A stretch of 64,000 nucleotides of DNA from Centroscyllium fabricii (GCA_051313645.2 JBNRSN020000024.1:30752001-30816000); one strand, 5' to 3'. Shown: positions 49,350 through 62,577, numbered from the stretch's first letter. The notes: generated by a model from the sequence alone, not told the origin. Translations and numbers: made by a program.

Positions 49350-50967
49350 CTGTGGAATAGCACACACAGGTGTTGAGAACAGAGCACACCCAACAACAAA
49401 ATATTTATGTATTCTACAGTGCTAACGGCCAGGTCTATGTGAATAGTTCTACTCAACCTTTGTGGTAAATGTTCATTATTATTTTGATTTACAACTTAAT
49501 TAATAAAGTACAAGTCTTTACCTGTCTGACATATTCAGCTGTTCATTTGAATGTCAGAGGAGAGACATTTGCACTCTGATCTCTTAGTTAGAAGTAAATA
49601 TGGTGAAGTGCAACTTAATTTGTGACATCCGTCACAAACTTGGTCATATTAACAAGAAGGATTACTGTATTCAGACATTCACACGCAACAAGAGACCATA
49701 GATAATCACAGCCAACTCTTCAATAACAACCCATTTTACTTGGAGGAAATGCTTTAGAAACACATCCCATCAGCACCCAAATATCCATTTATCTGCTTCA
49801 GGTAAGACTTGGTTATTTTTTATTTTTCCTTTTACTCTTATTATAAAACAACATTACAGCCCTCATGCCTACACAGCAGGGGTCAAGAGACTTGGTTATT
49901 GTTTACAAGAAATCAAATTGTCAATCAACGAAACAAGCCATTAAGAATTTATGAGAGGCCAGGAGACGCACTGCTGTCTGCTCCAGTAGTTTCATCATCT
50001 GCTTAGTGTTAACCACATACTAATTTCTGACTATAGCTGGAGACTGTGGAGTGGGCAGTCAAATGTGAGTGGATTGTTCATGTACAACCTTCATCCATAT
50101 GCTGGGTAAGACAGTGCACATATGGAATATCCTTGGTGACAAAAATATCCTAGTCCATGTGTTGCACCACTTCTCAGAAGGAAATGTTGGACAGGAAACA
50201 TTCCACATATTTCGTCAGCAAGAGGCAGGTGACCAGAAAGGCAATATGCAGCTACAGGAACCATTTTGATGCTGGCCATCCAATCTGATCAGGACTCCAC
50301 TGCTAAAGTTGAACTAATTTTCCCAAAGGCCTTTGCTGTAGTAACAGACCCTGCAAATGCAAGGTTAGCAGAATATCCACGAACTGATCAGTTTCTTCCT
50401 CAGCTGTTGCCTGTGGTTGAGTCTGCGGCCGACAGGCAATCTTGTATTATCCAACAACTTGCATTTATATGGTGCCTTCAACATAGAACAACACTCCAAA
50501 GCACAGATGCATAATCAAAAAAACACCAATCCAAGGAAGGACATATCAGGAGGGGTGACCAAAACATAGGTTAAAGAGGTGGATTTAAAGAAGGTCTTAA
50601 AGGAGGAGAGGAAAGTGGAGGCAGAAAGGGGTTAAGGAGACAATTCCAGAGTATGGGGCCTACGTGCCTCAAGGTACAACTACCAATGCTGAGAAGGGAG
50701 GAGGGATGAACAAAAGGTCAGAGTTAGAAGGAGAGAATTCGGAGGGGAGGGTTACAAAGAGCGGAACGAAGAGCAAATGTAGTTCAGCAAGAAAAGGAGG
50801 ATGGGCAAGTGAGATAGGATACAAGCAGTTGGAAGTTTATGATGGGTGAAGGAATGGGAGGCCGGCCTCACATTGGAACAGTCAAAACTGGAGGTGAAAA
50901 AGACATGGATAAGGATTTCAGTGGCAGAGGGGTGGAGACATCATTGGTGAGAATGGTGATTAAAAAC

Positions 50968-51335
50968 AAACACAGAAGATAGGAGCAGGAGTAGGCCATT
51001 CGGCCCTTTGAGCCTGCTCCGCCATTTTGATGAGAACATGGCTGATTATTCAAACCCAGCACCCCCCTCCTACCCTCTCCCCATATCCCCCGACACCCCC
51101 AACTCTAAGAACTATATCTCTCACACATACTCATGGGCAATTTTTAGTGTCTCCAATTCACCTAACCTGCATGTCTTTGGGTGGTGGGAGGAAACCGGAG
51201 TACCCGGAGGAAACCCACACGAACACGGGGAGAACATGCAAACTCCACGCAGAGGTCCCCGGGCCAAGCAGGATTCGAACCCAGGAGCTCCTTATTGCAA
51301 GGCAGCAGTGCTAACCACCACGTCGTCCTCTACCT
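50968..51335 (-). mobile_element. Divergent V-SINE subfamily with CR1 tail
   Basis: Different head (GGTTCGAATCC), V-domain, same CR1 tail; inserted in an old L2 (50445-50960). Confidence 0.8.
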
Positions 51336-52213
51336 ACCCATAGTGCAAAGAACATCTTCAAACTATGTACAGCAGCTGACAGGAGACAGGTATGAATGTG
51401 AAGAGGAGGATGTGGTTGGAAGCTCAGCTCTCGGACAAATAGGATGCTGAGGTTGTGAACAGTCTACACCTCTAAATTCAAAGTCACTTAAATTATCGAA
51501 TAATTAAATTTTTTGAAGCACTAAATTCCAACTTTACTTTGCTGTTTATGTTTCTTAATTCAAATTATTGGATCACTCAGTTTTTTTTTTATAGCACAAG
51601 AACTGACTGGATCAAGGTGCGTGTTGTGTATTCTACCAGAGATGTTCGACTGAGACCCGAGGGAACTCCTGGAATCAAAGCTCTTCCCCTTCTTGGATTG
51701 TAAACAAGCAACAAAGCACAAACAATAAAAACAAATGGAAAGAGACAATAGTATAAATCAGGGCAAGTTGAATGCCGATGATTAACTGTTTCACAGCATT
51801 ATCTGGAGATAAGCACAGGCTGCAGAAAACCTAGAGTTTTCTCCATGAACCAGTTCAGACCATGGACGCATGGAGAGAGATTCAAAAGGAAAAAATTAGA
51901 TCCACTGATGCTGGGGTTTCTACTGTAGCAAGTAAAACACATCCCTCCCCAGTATTTCTTGCAAATACCCTCAAGAAAAGAAAACCTGATTCCAAGAACA
52001 CTGAGGTGAGGGAGCTCAAGAACAATAATTCTATTTCTTTCATTTAACCGATATGTGTCCTACCTGTTATTTGTATTAACTATCAAATAGCAAAGCTTTA
52101 TTAAAAAAATGCTCCTCTAGCAAAACAGACATTTGCCACCACAGTGAAGTTTTCTGCTTTGAAGGAATGCTTACTATGCCAAGTAACTTGCACACAAGTT
52201 CAAATCAATGTGT

Positions 52214-53060
52214 TGTGGAACCAGTGGGGTTTTAGCCTAGATTGTATGGGCATCTGCTGCCACCTACTGGCCTTTGTAATGTATTGGTACCAGTGTGTTT
52301 GTAGCCTAGATTTATGGGCTTCTGCTGCCACCTACTGGTCTATGCAATTAGCTGACCTTTCTTTGGAATTAGCTGACCTTTGAGATGCAAAGAGGAAGTG
52401 ATGCACAAGAATTAGCTGACCTTTGTAAGGTACACAGGAAGTAGTTCTTCCTGCAAGGGTTTCAGAGCAAGCTGTGTGTCAAAACGCTACACACAATCCT
52501 CTGCCATCCGTGCCTTCAAAGTCCACAAAACGGCTTAATCCGAAAGTTTATTTGTTAGTTATAGTTATATCTGCATGTTCATGATAATATTTCTGAGTTT
52601 TATGCATTTTTGATAGAGTTTGTAAGTTAAGAGTCAATAAGCCACGTGGGCCTCGATATTTAGGTGAATGGTGTTCAATATAGCTACCAAAGCCTATCTA
52701 AAATACCTACCTCCATGTAATTACCTTTACGTATACCTGTTGTTGGTAATCATATTTCAGTCGGTTACTTGGCCATGTTAATAGTCCATGTCTAGCTGTG
52801 AAATGCTTTATCTTTACAATCGATGTATGCTTGAGTTATTATCTGTACTTACAAAGATGCTTACCTGTTTTTTTTGGCGTCTTTTCTGTATAGTTTTACA
52901 AATATAAATTCTCCTTCAACAAGAAATAAATTCTCTTGTTAAAACCTTGCCTATTGCAACGCTGCATCCGTTACTTGGAAGATTGGGAGAAGAAGTGTTA
53001 AGCTAGCTGTATAACTGAAAAACGTTGCCAGGCAACCACTTTTAGTGAGGACAGCATACA
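52214..53060 (+). mobile_element. Probable solo LTR with internal direct repeats
   Basis: TG...CA, flanks ATGTGT/ATGTAT, AATAAA at 52925, duplicated ~68-bp unit; boundaries uncertain. Confidence 0.5.
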
Positions 53061-53518
53061 ATGTATGGGAGCTTTTAGAGACGAGGAGTGCACAATGCTT
53101 ACAGCGGTCTAGTCTCCCCTCTACATGGTACATTCGCAGAAGTCTCATTACCCCACTCCTCAAATACACCCAGAATACACCTCATTACCTCTCCCCTCCA
53201 CAATCTCGCTTCTGTCTGGTGCACCATGTTTACATCTCAATAGCATCCCGCCCATAGGATTCAATCTGATTGAAAGGGCATCAATGTTCGGTGCCACTGG
53301 TTTCAGAATGGGAGCTCAGGATTATAATGGTGAGGGCTTGAATTTGTTTAGCCACATTTGGAGATTGTAACCTGGAATAGATTATGCTCCTTTGAGTTCA
53401 GAATTCTGCATGATCTTGTGAAGGTCTGACAGGCTGAAGAGGCAACAGCTTAATGCTCATTTTTAATGCTCTGGCACAACCGTCTGGGTTCCATATCACT
53501 TAACAGGACACAGCATAC

Positions 53519-53601
53519 CTGACCACTTTGGAATCTTTGCAGACGATGTGAAGCTGGAACATGTCCCGACTCTCAACACCTTCAATAAGCCGTACAGGCA
53601 C
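53519..53601 (-). CDS. MTMR4: MTMR4 coding exon (PH-GRAM), 83 nt
   Basis: Translates VPVRLIEGVESRDMFQLHIVCKDSKVV(R); acceptor ttacag, donor gtatg; phase 0/2; missed by the ORF track. Confidence 0.93.
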
Positions 53602-54559
53602 CTGTAACAACAAGACAAATGTATGTCAGTCACAACAACAACAACTTGTATTTATATAGCGCCTTTAACGTAGTAAAACGTCCCAAGGCACTTCACAAGG
53701 TCACCAGAAAAACCTGTAATCAACACAATCAAGAAACATCACTTTTAATAGAAGCTCTAACCAGGAATTACACAAATACTATAGCAACAAATATCATTGC
53801 AGTCGAGTAGTGTTACTTCAAACAAGCTGGAATAATGGGGTTTAGTTTGGCAGTGTAGTCATTATAGTAAGCCCACATGGAACACCTTCCAAATTATGCA
53901 ACACTAAACATTGAACTCCCAATGCTCTGCTGAAAATGATGCAACCTCATTTACAACAGTAAAGCAGGAGCCGAATTGAGCTACAATTCAGCTCGTTAGC
54001 CAATATCAATGGCGTGTTTCTAAATATGACAAATTTTCAAGAGCCCACCTTTTTAGGTTTTCCAAAGTCACAGGTGTGAATGCAAATTATCAAATTCCTT
54101 CTCCCACCACTGTAAATGGGCATTCAATAGATAAATATAGCCACCAACAAACTGCTTGCTGACCAGAGCCCTTCTCTTTCCTACAAAGCTGCTAGCAGTG
54201 TGGCATTCAACTCGCATTGTGCTTCTTCAAGGTGAGAAGGCTTGGTGTTGGGATAGATAAAGAAGGTTGCCCAAACACAAATATGATAAAACCCCTCCCT
54301 GTCCTGCAGAACACTTCGAAGAGGCTGCAATAGGGACACGCAAGGAGAATACTAGCTCTGGAGAGAAGCCAAGTCTCATTCCAGTCAGATTTTATTTGTG
54401 CTCTGCTGAGTAAAGTTGCTATGATCTGAAACTTAACTCGAGTTGACACCATTGTATTTTTTGCCAGAGCTGTGTCCAGTGAAAATTACATGACTTTCTA
54501 CATTAGCTCTAGCCACCTAAACACTAATTTCTTGCTATGCATTTTCTGATTTTATTGCA

Positions 54560-54682
54560 AGTCTGACAAAGGGCCTGAAACAAAAACGCAAACCTGTCCT
54601 TTTCAGATGTTGATGGAACTGCGTGCACTTCCAGCATTGCCTGTTTATATTACAGATTTTCAGCATTTGCAGTTTTTCTTGT
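54560..54682 (+). mobile_element. Decayed Penelope pLTR fragment
   Basis: ctgacaa-agggcc-tgaaac followed by the ccagcatt...gatttt cagcat.tgcagt motif as at 14510-14555. Confidence 0.5.
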
Positions 54683-55857
54683 CATCTCTGTAGGAATTAT
54701 TTCTCTTACAACATAGATAATAATGACACTTCTGAAGACGACAAAATAGTGTCAACTCTTGTGACCGACACCCAAGCATGAAACTGACCTTGTTCCAGTT
54801 ATTAAACATCTTAAGAAACACCATTGAGAAGCCAAGCACAGATATTGAAAGTGGGTTACAGTGCAGCACACCAAATCATGCAGGTTAGGCTGATACTCTT
54901 GATGCTGTGATACTCTAAATGATGCTGCATTTTCTGCCAATGCTTGATAACAAAACACGGCTGCTGCTCTGGCTTCCTACTGGCCAACTTTACCCAATGC
55001 TCTGCTCAACAGCTCCAGGCACACGTTGGGATCAGACCACTCCTAATGAGTACCCATCTCATGAGTTACATCTAATGAGTATCAGCAAACTGCCTAGTTA
55101 GTGCCAACCTGCGAGTTTGTGAATAAAAGAATGTGAGGGAGTGAAGATGTGAGAGGGCAGTGTTGGAAGCACTGAGCTCCTGTTTGTATATTCACTGGCA
55201 TAGCACCTGCATGACACATCTGTCTGTTCGTCCAATATAGGGAGGAGGACAAAGATGTGCACACTTGCAAAGTTTCTTTATGTTGTGTTGTCCACACTTT
55301 ACTCCTCGTGTACTTTGTGACACAGCATTGTAGCGAAACCATAAAAGACCACCTCTTTGACTAAGACTGTATGCACACAAGCTGTGCTGGATACACCGTT
55401 GTATGCGTAACCAGCAGTGAAGTACACACACACACAGTACTTACTGAGATGTCACCGTCCACACCCTGCAGAAAGGTCTAAAACAGAACAAAAGGAAAGA
55501 GAAGGGGAAAATGAAATCAAAATAACAGATGTGAGAAAGGCAGGAACCGTATACACTGAAAACACTTGCAGCGTTCTAATGTCAAGGTACCGGAGACAAC
55601 ACACAACCTAATCAGAACTAGAACAAGCTAAAGATACTGCATACCAACCAACATCCACTACTTGGTGCCAAGTCTACTGTACACCACCCTCAACCCACAA
55701 CCTATAGCCCAGAGGCTGCATGTCAACGTGTACCTATTGCAACAGAAGAAAATCATAGTAATTTCAATAAAGAATCAAATTTTCCTCTTTATCCCTGCAA
55801 AATACATCTAAAATAGAGACAGAGCTGTTGTTACTTTGACTTCATTCATACTCAGAA

Positions 55858-57958
55858 ATAAAGAACTTGCATTTCTATAGCGCCTTCAATGACCTCAGGA
55901 TGTGCCAAAGCATTTTACAGGCGATGAGGTATTTTTGACATGTAGTCACTGTTGTAATGTAGGAAACATGGCAGCCAATTTGCGCACAGCAAGCTCCCAA
56001 AATCAGCAATCAAATAAATGACCAGATCTCTTGGGTGTCGGTTGAGGGATAAATATTGACCAGGAAACCGTTCGAACTCCGCTGCTTTTCTTTCAGTGCG
56101 GTGGGATCTTGCACATCCGGACAGTTTCACGTCTCATCCAAAAGACCACACCTCAAATAGCGCAGTATTGAGGGAGTGCTGCACGGTCTCGAGTTTATCA
56201 ATCTCCGCTCATGCCCTCTCCGAGCTCATCTAGTCCACGAGATCCACCTCCTGCTTGCTCGACCCTATTCCCACTAAACTGCTGACCACCCAACTTCCCT
56301 TCCTGGCCCCCATGCTAGCTGATATGGTTAACTGTTCCCTCTCCTCTGGTACTGTCCCCCTCTCTTTCAAATCTGCAGTCATCACCCCCTCCTCAAAAAA
56401 TTCACCCTTGACCCCCCCTCAATCCTTGCAAACTACCGCCCCATCTCCAACCTCCTTTTCCTCTCCAAAGTCCTTGAACGAGTTGTTGCCTCCCAAATCT
56501 GTGCCCATCTTTCCCGCAACTCCATGTTTGAACCTTTCCAATCAGGTTTCTGCCCCTGCTACAGCACTGAAACGGCCCTCATCAAAGTTACAAATGATAT
56601 CCTATTTGACGGTGGCCATGGTGCACTATCCCTCCACATCCTTTCCGACCTGTCTGCAGCTTTTGACACGTTGACCACACCACCCTCCTCCAAATGCCTC
56701 GCCTCCGTTATCCAGCTGAATGCAACTGCCCTTGCCTGGTTCCATTCTTATCTGTCTAGCCAGAGAATCTCCTGAAATGCCTTCTCGTACTGCTCCCACA
56801 CAGTGACCCCTCTGGAGTCTCCCCTCCCCTCCCCTCCCCCGCCCCCGCAAGGATCTATCCTTGGCCTCCCTTCTATTTCTCATCTACATGCTGCCCTGAG
56901 TCAACATCTTCTGAAAACATGTCAGATTCCACATGTACGTCGACAGTACAAAACTCTACCTGACCACCACCTCTCGACCTCTCCAATGCATCTGAATGGT
57001 TACGCTGCTTATCCGACATCCAGTATTGAACGAGCAAACATTTCCTCCAATTAAATATTGGGAAAACCGAAGCCATCGCCTTAGCCACCACAAACTCCAT
57101 TTTCTAGCCACCAATTCCATCCCTCTCCCTGACCACTACCTTGAGACTAAACCAGACTGTTCGCAACCTCGGCTTCCTATCTGATCCTGAGCTAAGCTTC
57201 CAACCCCATATTTTCTCCATCACCAAGATCACCTACTTCCATCTCCGTAATATTGCCAGCCTTCATCCCGGTCTCAGCCCATCTATTGCTAAAACCCTCA
57301 TCCCTGCTTTTTTACCTCACGTCGACCATTCCAATACTCTTCTGGCCGGATTCCCATCTCCCGCCCTTCGTAAACTTGAGCTCATCCAAAATTCTATTGT
57401 CCGTATTCTAGCTCTCACCAAGTCCCGTTCACCCATCACCCCGCGCTCACTGACTTATATTGGTTGCCAGTCCAGCAACACTTTAATTTTAAAATTCTCA
57501 TCCTTGTTTTCAAATCCCTCCATAGCCTAGCTCCTCCCCATCTCTAATCTCCTCCAGTCCTACAACCCTCCGTGAACTCTGCGTTTTGGCCTCGTGCAGC
57601 CCAGATTTCCTTTGCCCCATCATTGGCGGCCATGCCTTCAGTTGCCTAGGCCCTAAACTCTGGAATTCCCTCCCTAAACCTCCCTCTCCTCCTTTAAGAT
57701 GCTCCTTGAAACTTACCTCTTCAACCAAGCTTTGGGTCACCTGTCCTAATGTCTCCTTATGTGGCCTAGTGTCAAATGTTCACCGATAACGCTCCTGTGA
57801 AGCACTTTGGATGTTTTATTGTGTTAAAGGCGCAACAGAAATACAAATTGTTGTTGTTGTCCACCTAGATTATGTGCTCAAGTCTCTGGAGTGGGGCTTG
57901 AATGCACAACCTTCCGACTCAGAGGCGAGAGTGATCCCACTGAGCCAAGGCTGACACC
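55858..57958 (-). mobile_element. Deu-domain SINE split by an L2 insertion
   Basis: Tail and core at 55858-56185, tRNA head at 57861-57958. Confidence 0.8.
56186..57860 (+). mobile_element. L2 LINE, 5'-truncated
   Basis: LDPIPT.LL, FKSAVITP, FQSGF.P.YSTETALIKVTND, DLSAAFDT, PQGSILG; (TTG)n tail. Confidence 0.9.
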
Positions 57959-59685
57959 AAAGTAGCTCGAGTCATCTCGTCAGCATGAATAACTGGACTC
58001 CCTACACCAGAGCCACTCTCAGTGGGTGCAATTACACAGATATGTAAGCAAACCAATACCCTGTACCAATCTAGAGCGAGATGCTACTCTATGCCAGTAG
58101 CAAATTTGCTATCTGTATCATTTAAATAAGAAACTGAATTAGAAATCAGCAGCTGTAGTCTCTTCAGTTTACAGTGATGAGATATCAATATCTTCATAAT
58201 TAGAAACAATTCCCATCAGATAAACAGGTGGCAGTGTTTCCTCATCCCAGACTGTTGGCTTTTATTGAATGTACTTGAATATTCTGGTCTTTTATCTGCC
58301 AATCCAAAAAGTGGCAAATAGAACAGATTCAAAAGCAAATGCAATAGCTCTTTTAGTACCAACTAAAATATTTATATAAAAATGTTGCCTGCCCATTTCC
58401 AGTTATGCGATTGCTGTGTGGCAACGATGATCACTTGGTTACTACGACCAAATCTATGATATGCGAGCATGATGTCATTCTGCAACCAGTTTCCCCACTC
58501 CATCCCAGACCAATTGCTGAAAGATCAAGGCCATCTGGTGCAACTTGGGCCCATTTAATGCTTAACAAATGACACATTGTGTTGACTAGTTCAAAAAAGT
58601 CAATGTTGCCTAACAGCCTCACTTTATAACACTGATTATCATTGCCATCTATACAGCTACTGAGTCTAGTGAATAGATAATCAACACTTGGTTTAGTTTG
58701 TTAAATACATTCCTTAGTTTGACAACTTGGTCCTCATCATATAAGCCTATAGAAGTGTTTGTGCATAACTTCATAAAGGAGGACAAAGTGCAATTATAGA
58801 TTTTTGTTTAATTGGAAAATTAACAGATGTAAACAAATAAACGTGGTGCAATGTTTATTCAAAAGGACATTTTTGGTGAGTTATGAATGAGAGGCCCCAG
58901 GAAGTGAGCAGTGTGCCAGAACCTCAGAGGGTAGAGTGGGGCTGGCACCTTGGGAGCAGCAGCGAGGTCAGGGTACGGGAGTGACGAATTCTGTGCTTAG
59001 CAAAAGGTCAGAGTGGACACTGCTTCTAGGCCTTGTTGGGTGAGAAGGAGGAGGCAGACAGTAAGGGAAAGAATGAGCAGCATATAGAGAGACAAATAAG
59101 AAGTGCGTAAGTCATATAGAAATAGTGGGGAATAAAGATGGGCCAAGAGTAAAGAAAAACCAAAATAAACAAGGACAGGGGGGGGGGGGGGGCGGGGGAG
59201 AACACCACAAATGAGAGAGAGACACACACACACACACAAGCAGATCAATAGATACAGGAAAATACATGATTTTGATCCATGACAATGCCACAAGAGATCA
59301 ACTCATTAGATGTATTACTAAACTGTAACTTGATCTAAATGAAATGATAAATTTAATACCATTTTCATGAAGAAATTCGTCCACTTAAATGATTTGGCTT
59401 GCCTTCTTTAATTAAGGAATTTCCCTCCCCTTCCTCCCCTCTTTCCTCCCTAGCTCTTTACCTTTCAGTAAATGGTTGCATTAATAAATGCTCTATGAAG
59501 AAGAGTCTGATCCCTTTTCTTGCCAAATGAATTAACAGAAGGGTGGTGCCTGCAGACAGAAAACTAACAGCTCAGTTTGATAGTCGGTAATTCCATCTGA
59601 TCCACTTACAAAATTCTAAACACCTTTCAAGTTAAGTTGTTACAAGGTTCTGATTTAGGATGGCATCCAATAAAGTACTGCTTAC

Positions 59686-59802
59686 ATTGATTAAAGAATC
59701 TTTGTATTTAATGTGCAGCCTGTAATTAGAGATAGCGATTACAGCATCATCTGCGCGGCCCAAGTATTCCACACCTTCACCCTGGAGTACCGGAAAAGGC
59801 AC
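59686..59802 (-). CDS. MTMR4: MTMR4 coding exon (PH-GRAM N-terminal part), 117 nt
   Basis: Translates VPFPVLQGEGVEYLGRADDAVIAISNYRLHIKYKDSLIN; acceptor ttacag, donor gtaag; phase 0/0. Confidence 0.93.
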
Positions 59803-60230
59803 CTGTAAATGACAACAACAGAAAGTTAAAATTGCACAACTCATTTACTGTACAACATACTTTTATTCAATACTGAGATAAGAACAGAGGCCAATGCAGG
59901 ATCACAGCTGCATTGTTTGGTGGAACCAGCAATAACTCCACCTTCTCATGCATTCCACAGGACGGTCCTGCTCTGCACCAAATTTGCTCCTCGCTACCTA
60001 TCCTAACTCCAAACTAATGCCGCTTCGTTACTCATTAATATCGGATATTGACGATCTTGTGATAGTTTTTCAAAATCAGGAATTCCCACTGGCAGTGGGT
60101 GGCAGGATCAGAGTCACACATTGTTGACAGCATGTAAATGTCCTTGCGCTCTGATACAACGGAGTGCTCAAAAAGCTGTAACTGCACTGATTTATTTAAC
60201 ATAAGAATGTAAGACGTAGGAGCAGGAGTA

Positions 60231-60394
60231 GCGAGCGGGGAGGGGGCGGAGGAGAGCGCGCGGGGAGAGGGCGGAGGAGAGCGCGCGGGGAGGGGGCGGA
60301 GGAGAGAGAGCGGGGAGGGGGCGGAGGAGAGAGAGCGGGGAGGGGGCGGAGGAGAGAGAGCGGGGAGGGGGCGGAGGAGAGAGAGAGCGGGGAG
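60231..60394. repeat. ~25-bp purine-rich minisatellite
   Basis: GCGGGGAGGGGGCGGAGGAGAGAGA, ~6.5 units. Confidence 0.9.
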
Positions 60395-61149
60395 TTTTTA
60401 CTTTTGTAATTACTACGCTACTTGGAGGAAACAAAGTTCGAGGATGCATGGGGATAAATATTTTAAAAGTGTGAGAGGTTCCACCAATAGCGTTGGCCCC
60501 TGTGTACGCCTGGTCTCTCGGCCCTGATAATGTGTAAAATGCCTTGTTTATGTTGTTCTCCAAATTTTGTAGCAATTGGAACAGAAAATCTATGTGCAGT
60601 TGGTTTTAAGTTGCTGATCCATGACTTAGTTTTGGCCTGTACTTTTCCCAATGGGGTAGCCAGCACAAAAGGGCTTTGCTGGCTGCACAGGTAACCAAGA
60701 AACGTGGCTGCCTGTTTACATTCCTGTAATTCGTGGGTGCCTCCAGAGCCAGCACTACACAATCATCTCTTTTGCCCAGCAGATATGCCTGGGAGGAAAT
60801 ATAATGCACCAGAAGTAGGACATGATTTCTCACCCATGATTAATTTCCTATTTGGAAGGCTCTATGAAGGAGGTGAACAGCAGATGCCAAAGAAATGGGA
60901 GAAATACTGATTAAAATTCAAGTTACGGTGTAACAGGCAAGGTTAATGCAACTAATATGGCTTTCAACCACACTGGTCATGGATCTAATCACCCCTCAGT
61001 TTTATAAATAAGGCACAAAAATGAGAGTTGTCCTTGGAATTCAGAGGTATCTCCCATCAATTTATGCAGGAGATAATTAATTACAAAATGTGCAGAGAAT
61101 AAAACTTGGTTTGTAACCAGGTAAACCCAAGGCCCGTATCAATCTATCA

Positions 61150-61400
61150 CATAGAAACATAGACATAGAAACTAGGAGCAGGAGTAGGCTATTCGGCCCT
61201 TCGAGCCTGCTCCGCCATTCAATGAGATCATGGCTGATCATCCAAACCCAGTACCCTGTCCCTGCCCTCTCCCCTTATCCCTCGATCCCTATCGAGCCTG
61301 CATCGACACATATCCCATCCTATCCCCATAACCCCACATATTCAATCCTCCTAACAATAAGGCTCAATTTATCATGGCCAATCAACCTAACCCGCACATC
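61150..61400 (-). mobile_element. 5'-truncated V-SINE
   Basis: Long CR1 tail and 3' body only. Confidence 0.85.
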
Positions 61401-62577
61401 ACAGCCGCCTTTTATTTGCCCAGTCGTGAGTACAACAATCCCTCCTTACCTTTAAGCAGCTTTTACCATATTTTATAACCTTCTCACTGGGGTTATCTAT
61501 AGGTGTCTATTAAAAATTTCAGAACACCCTTGCAAACTCCCAAATTACATGTAAACTTGATCATTTTTATTGAAAGGAGGACACAATTTCAAAAGCAACC
61601 CAGTTCGTCATTTTAAGAGGTAATTCGTTAGTAGATACCATCAACTAAAAGGAAACATTTAAGTTTGGTCATCAGTAAATGTACTGGTTTGCTGTTGTAG
61701 CATAGAAAAGCTTAATAATTGCTTTGTTCTGTTCCAATCTTCCTGCTGAGTCTGATCCTGATGCACAGACCTCACAGCAGCTCAGTCGTGATTTGTTTTG
61801 CCAGCACTGCTGCATTTCGGTTTCTGGAAGTCTCGATGCTTTTTGCAATCTTATGCCATCAGACAGGCATCCTCCTAACTTGAGTTGCTGCTGCAGTGAA
61901 GCTCCCGCAGTCCCGGCTGTCATTTTTACTAAAGTGTGGTCAACTTCCTTGTGACACCCTGGTGAAGACGCTCCAGTCCCATATGGGAAGCATTCACATC
62001 ACAATGAAAACATGTCCATGCCACTGGCTCATCTCATCTCTCACATGGTCATCTCATCACATTTACAAGAGACAACTCAACTAAGTACATCAAATGAGAT
62101 CAGAGTGCTTCTTTTATGCATCTCTCCACGGATGCCATGTCTTGCAGTCTGAAATCAAGCTTAAGAGCACCTGGCTGCAGTAGACCCTTATCATTGTTGA
62201 GCTGGTCAGGTAATGCAAGTGTTCAATTTAGACTAAGCCCCGGGAACTCGTCGGACAGTCCAGTACTGCCTTTGTTCAGCCATCTTTGTTGCAGATTTCT
62301 CCACAAACTGATTAAGTCAGCCAGCCTTTCATGTTTAAAAGTTACTACTGGAAGTGTGGCAGGGTACTCGGCCACCCACCCAAATTAATGTGAATCCCGG
62401 TAATATCTGGATAATTAAGGAATTCTATACAGAGGATCATATTTTCCGTGCATGCATTTACTGCCTATTCAGAATGGTTTTTCCAATGATAATGTGGAGG
62501 TGCCGGTGTTGGACTGGGGTGGACAAATGCAAAAAGTCACACAACACCAGGTTTATAGTCCAACGTTTTATTTTAAA

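Noticed and set aside
61672-61923. 83-aa minus-strand ORF as an alternative first MTMR4 exon
   Set aside because: No similarity to the MTMR3/4 N-terminus that I recall (EYIQAKDLFP) and no convincing in-frame donor
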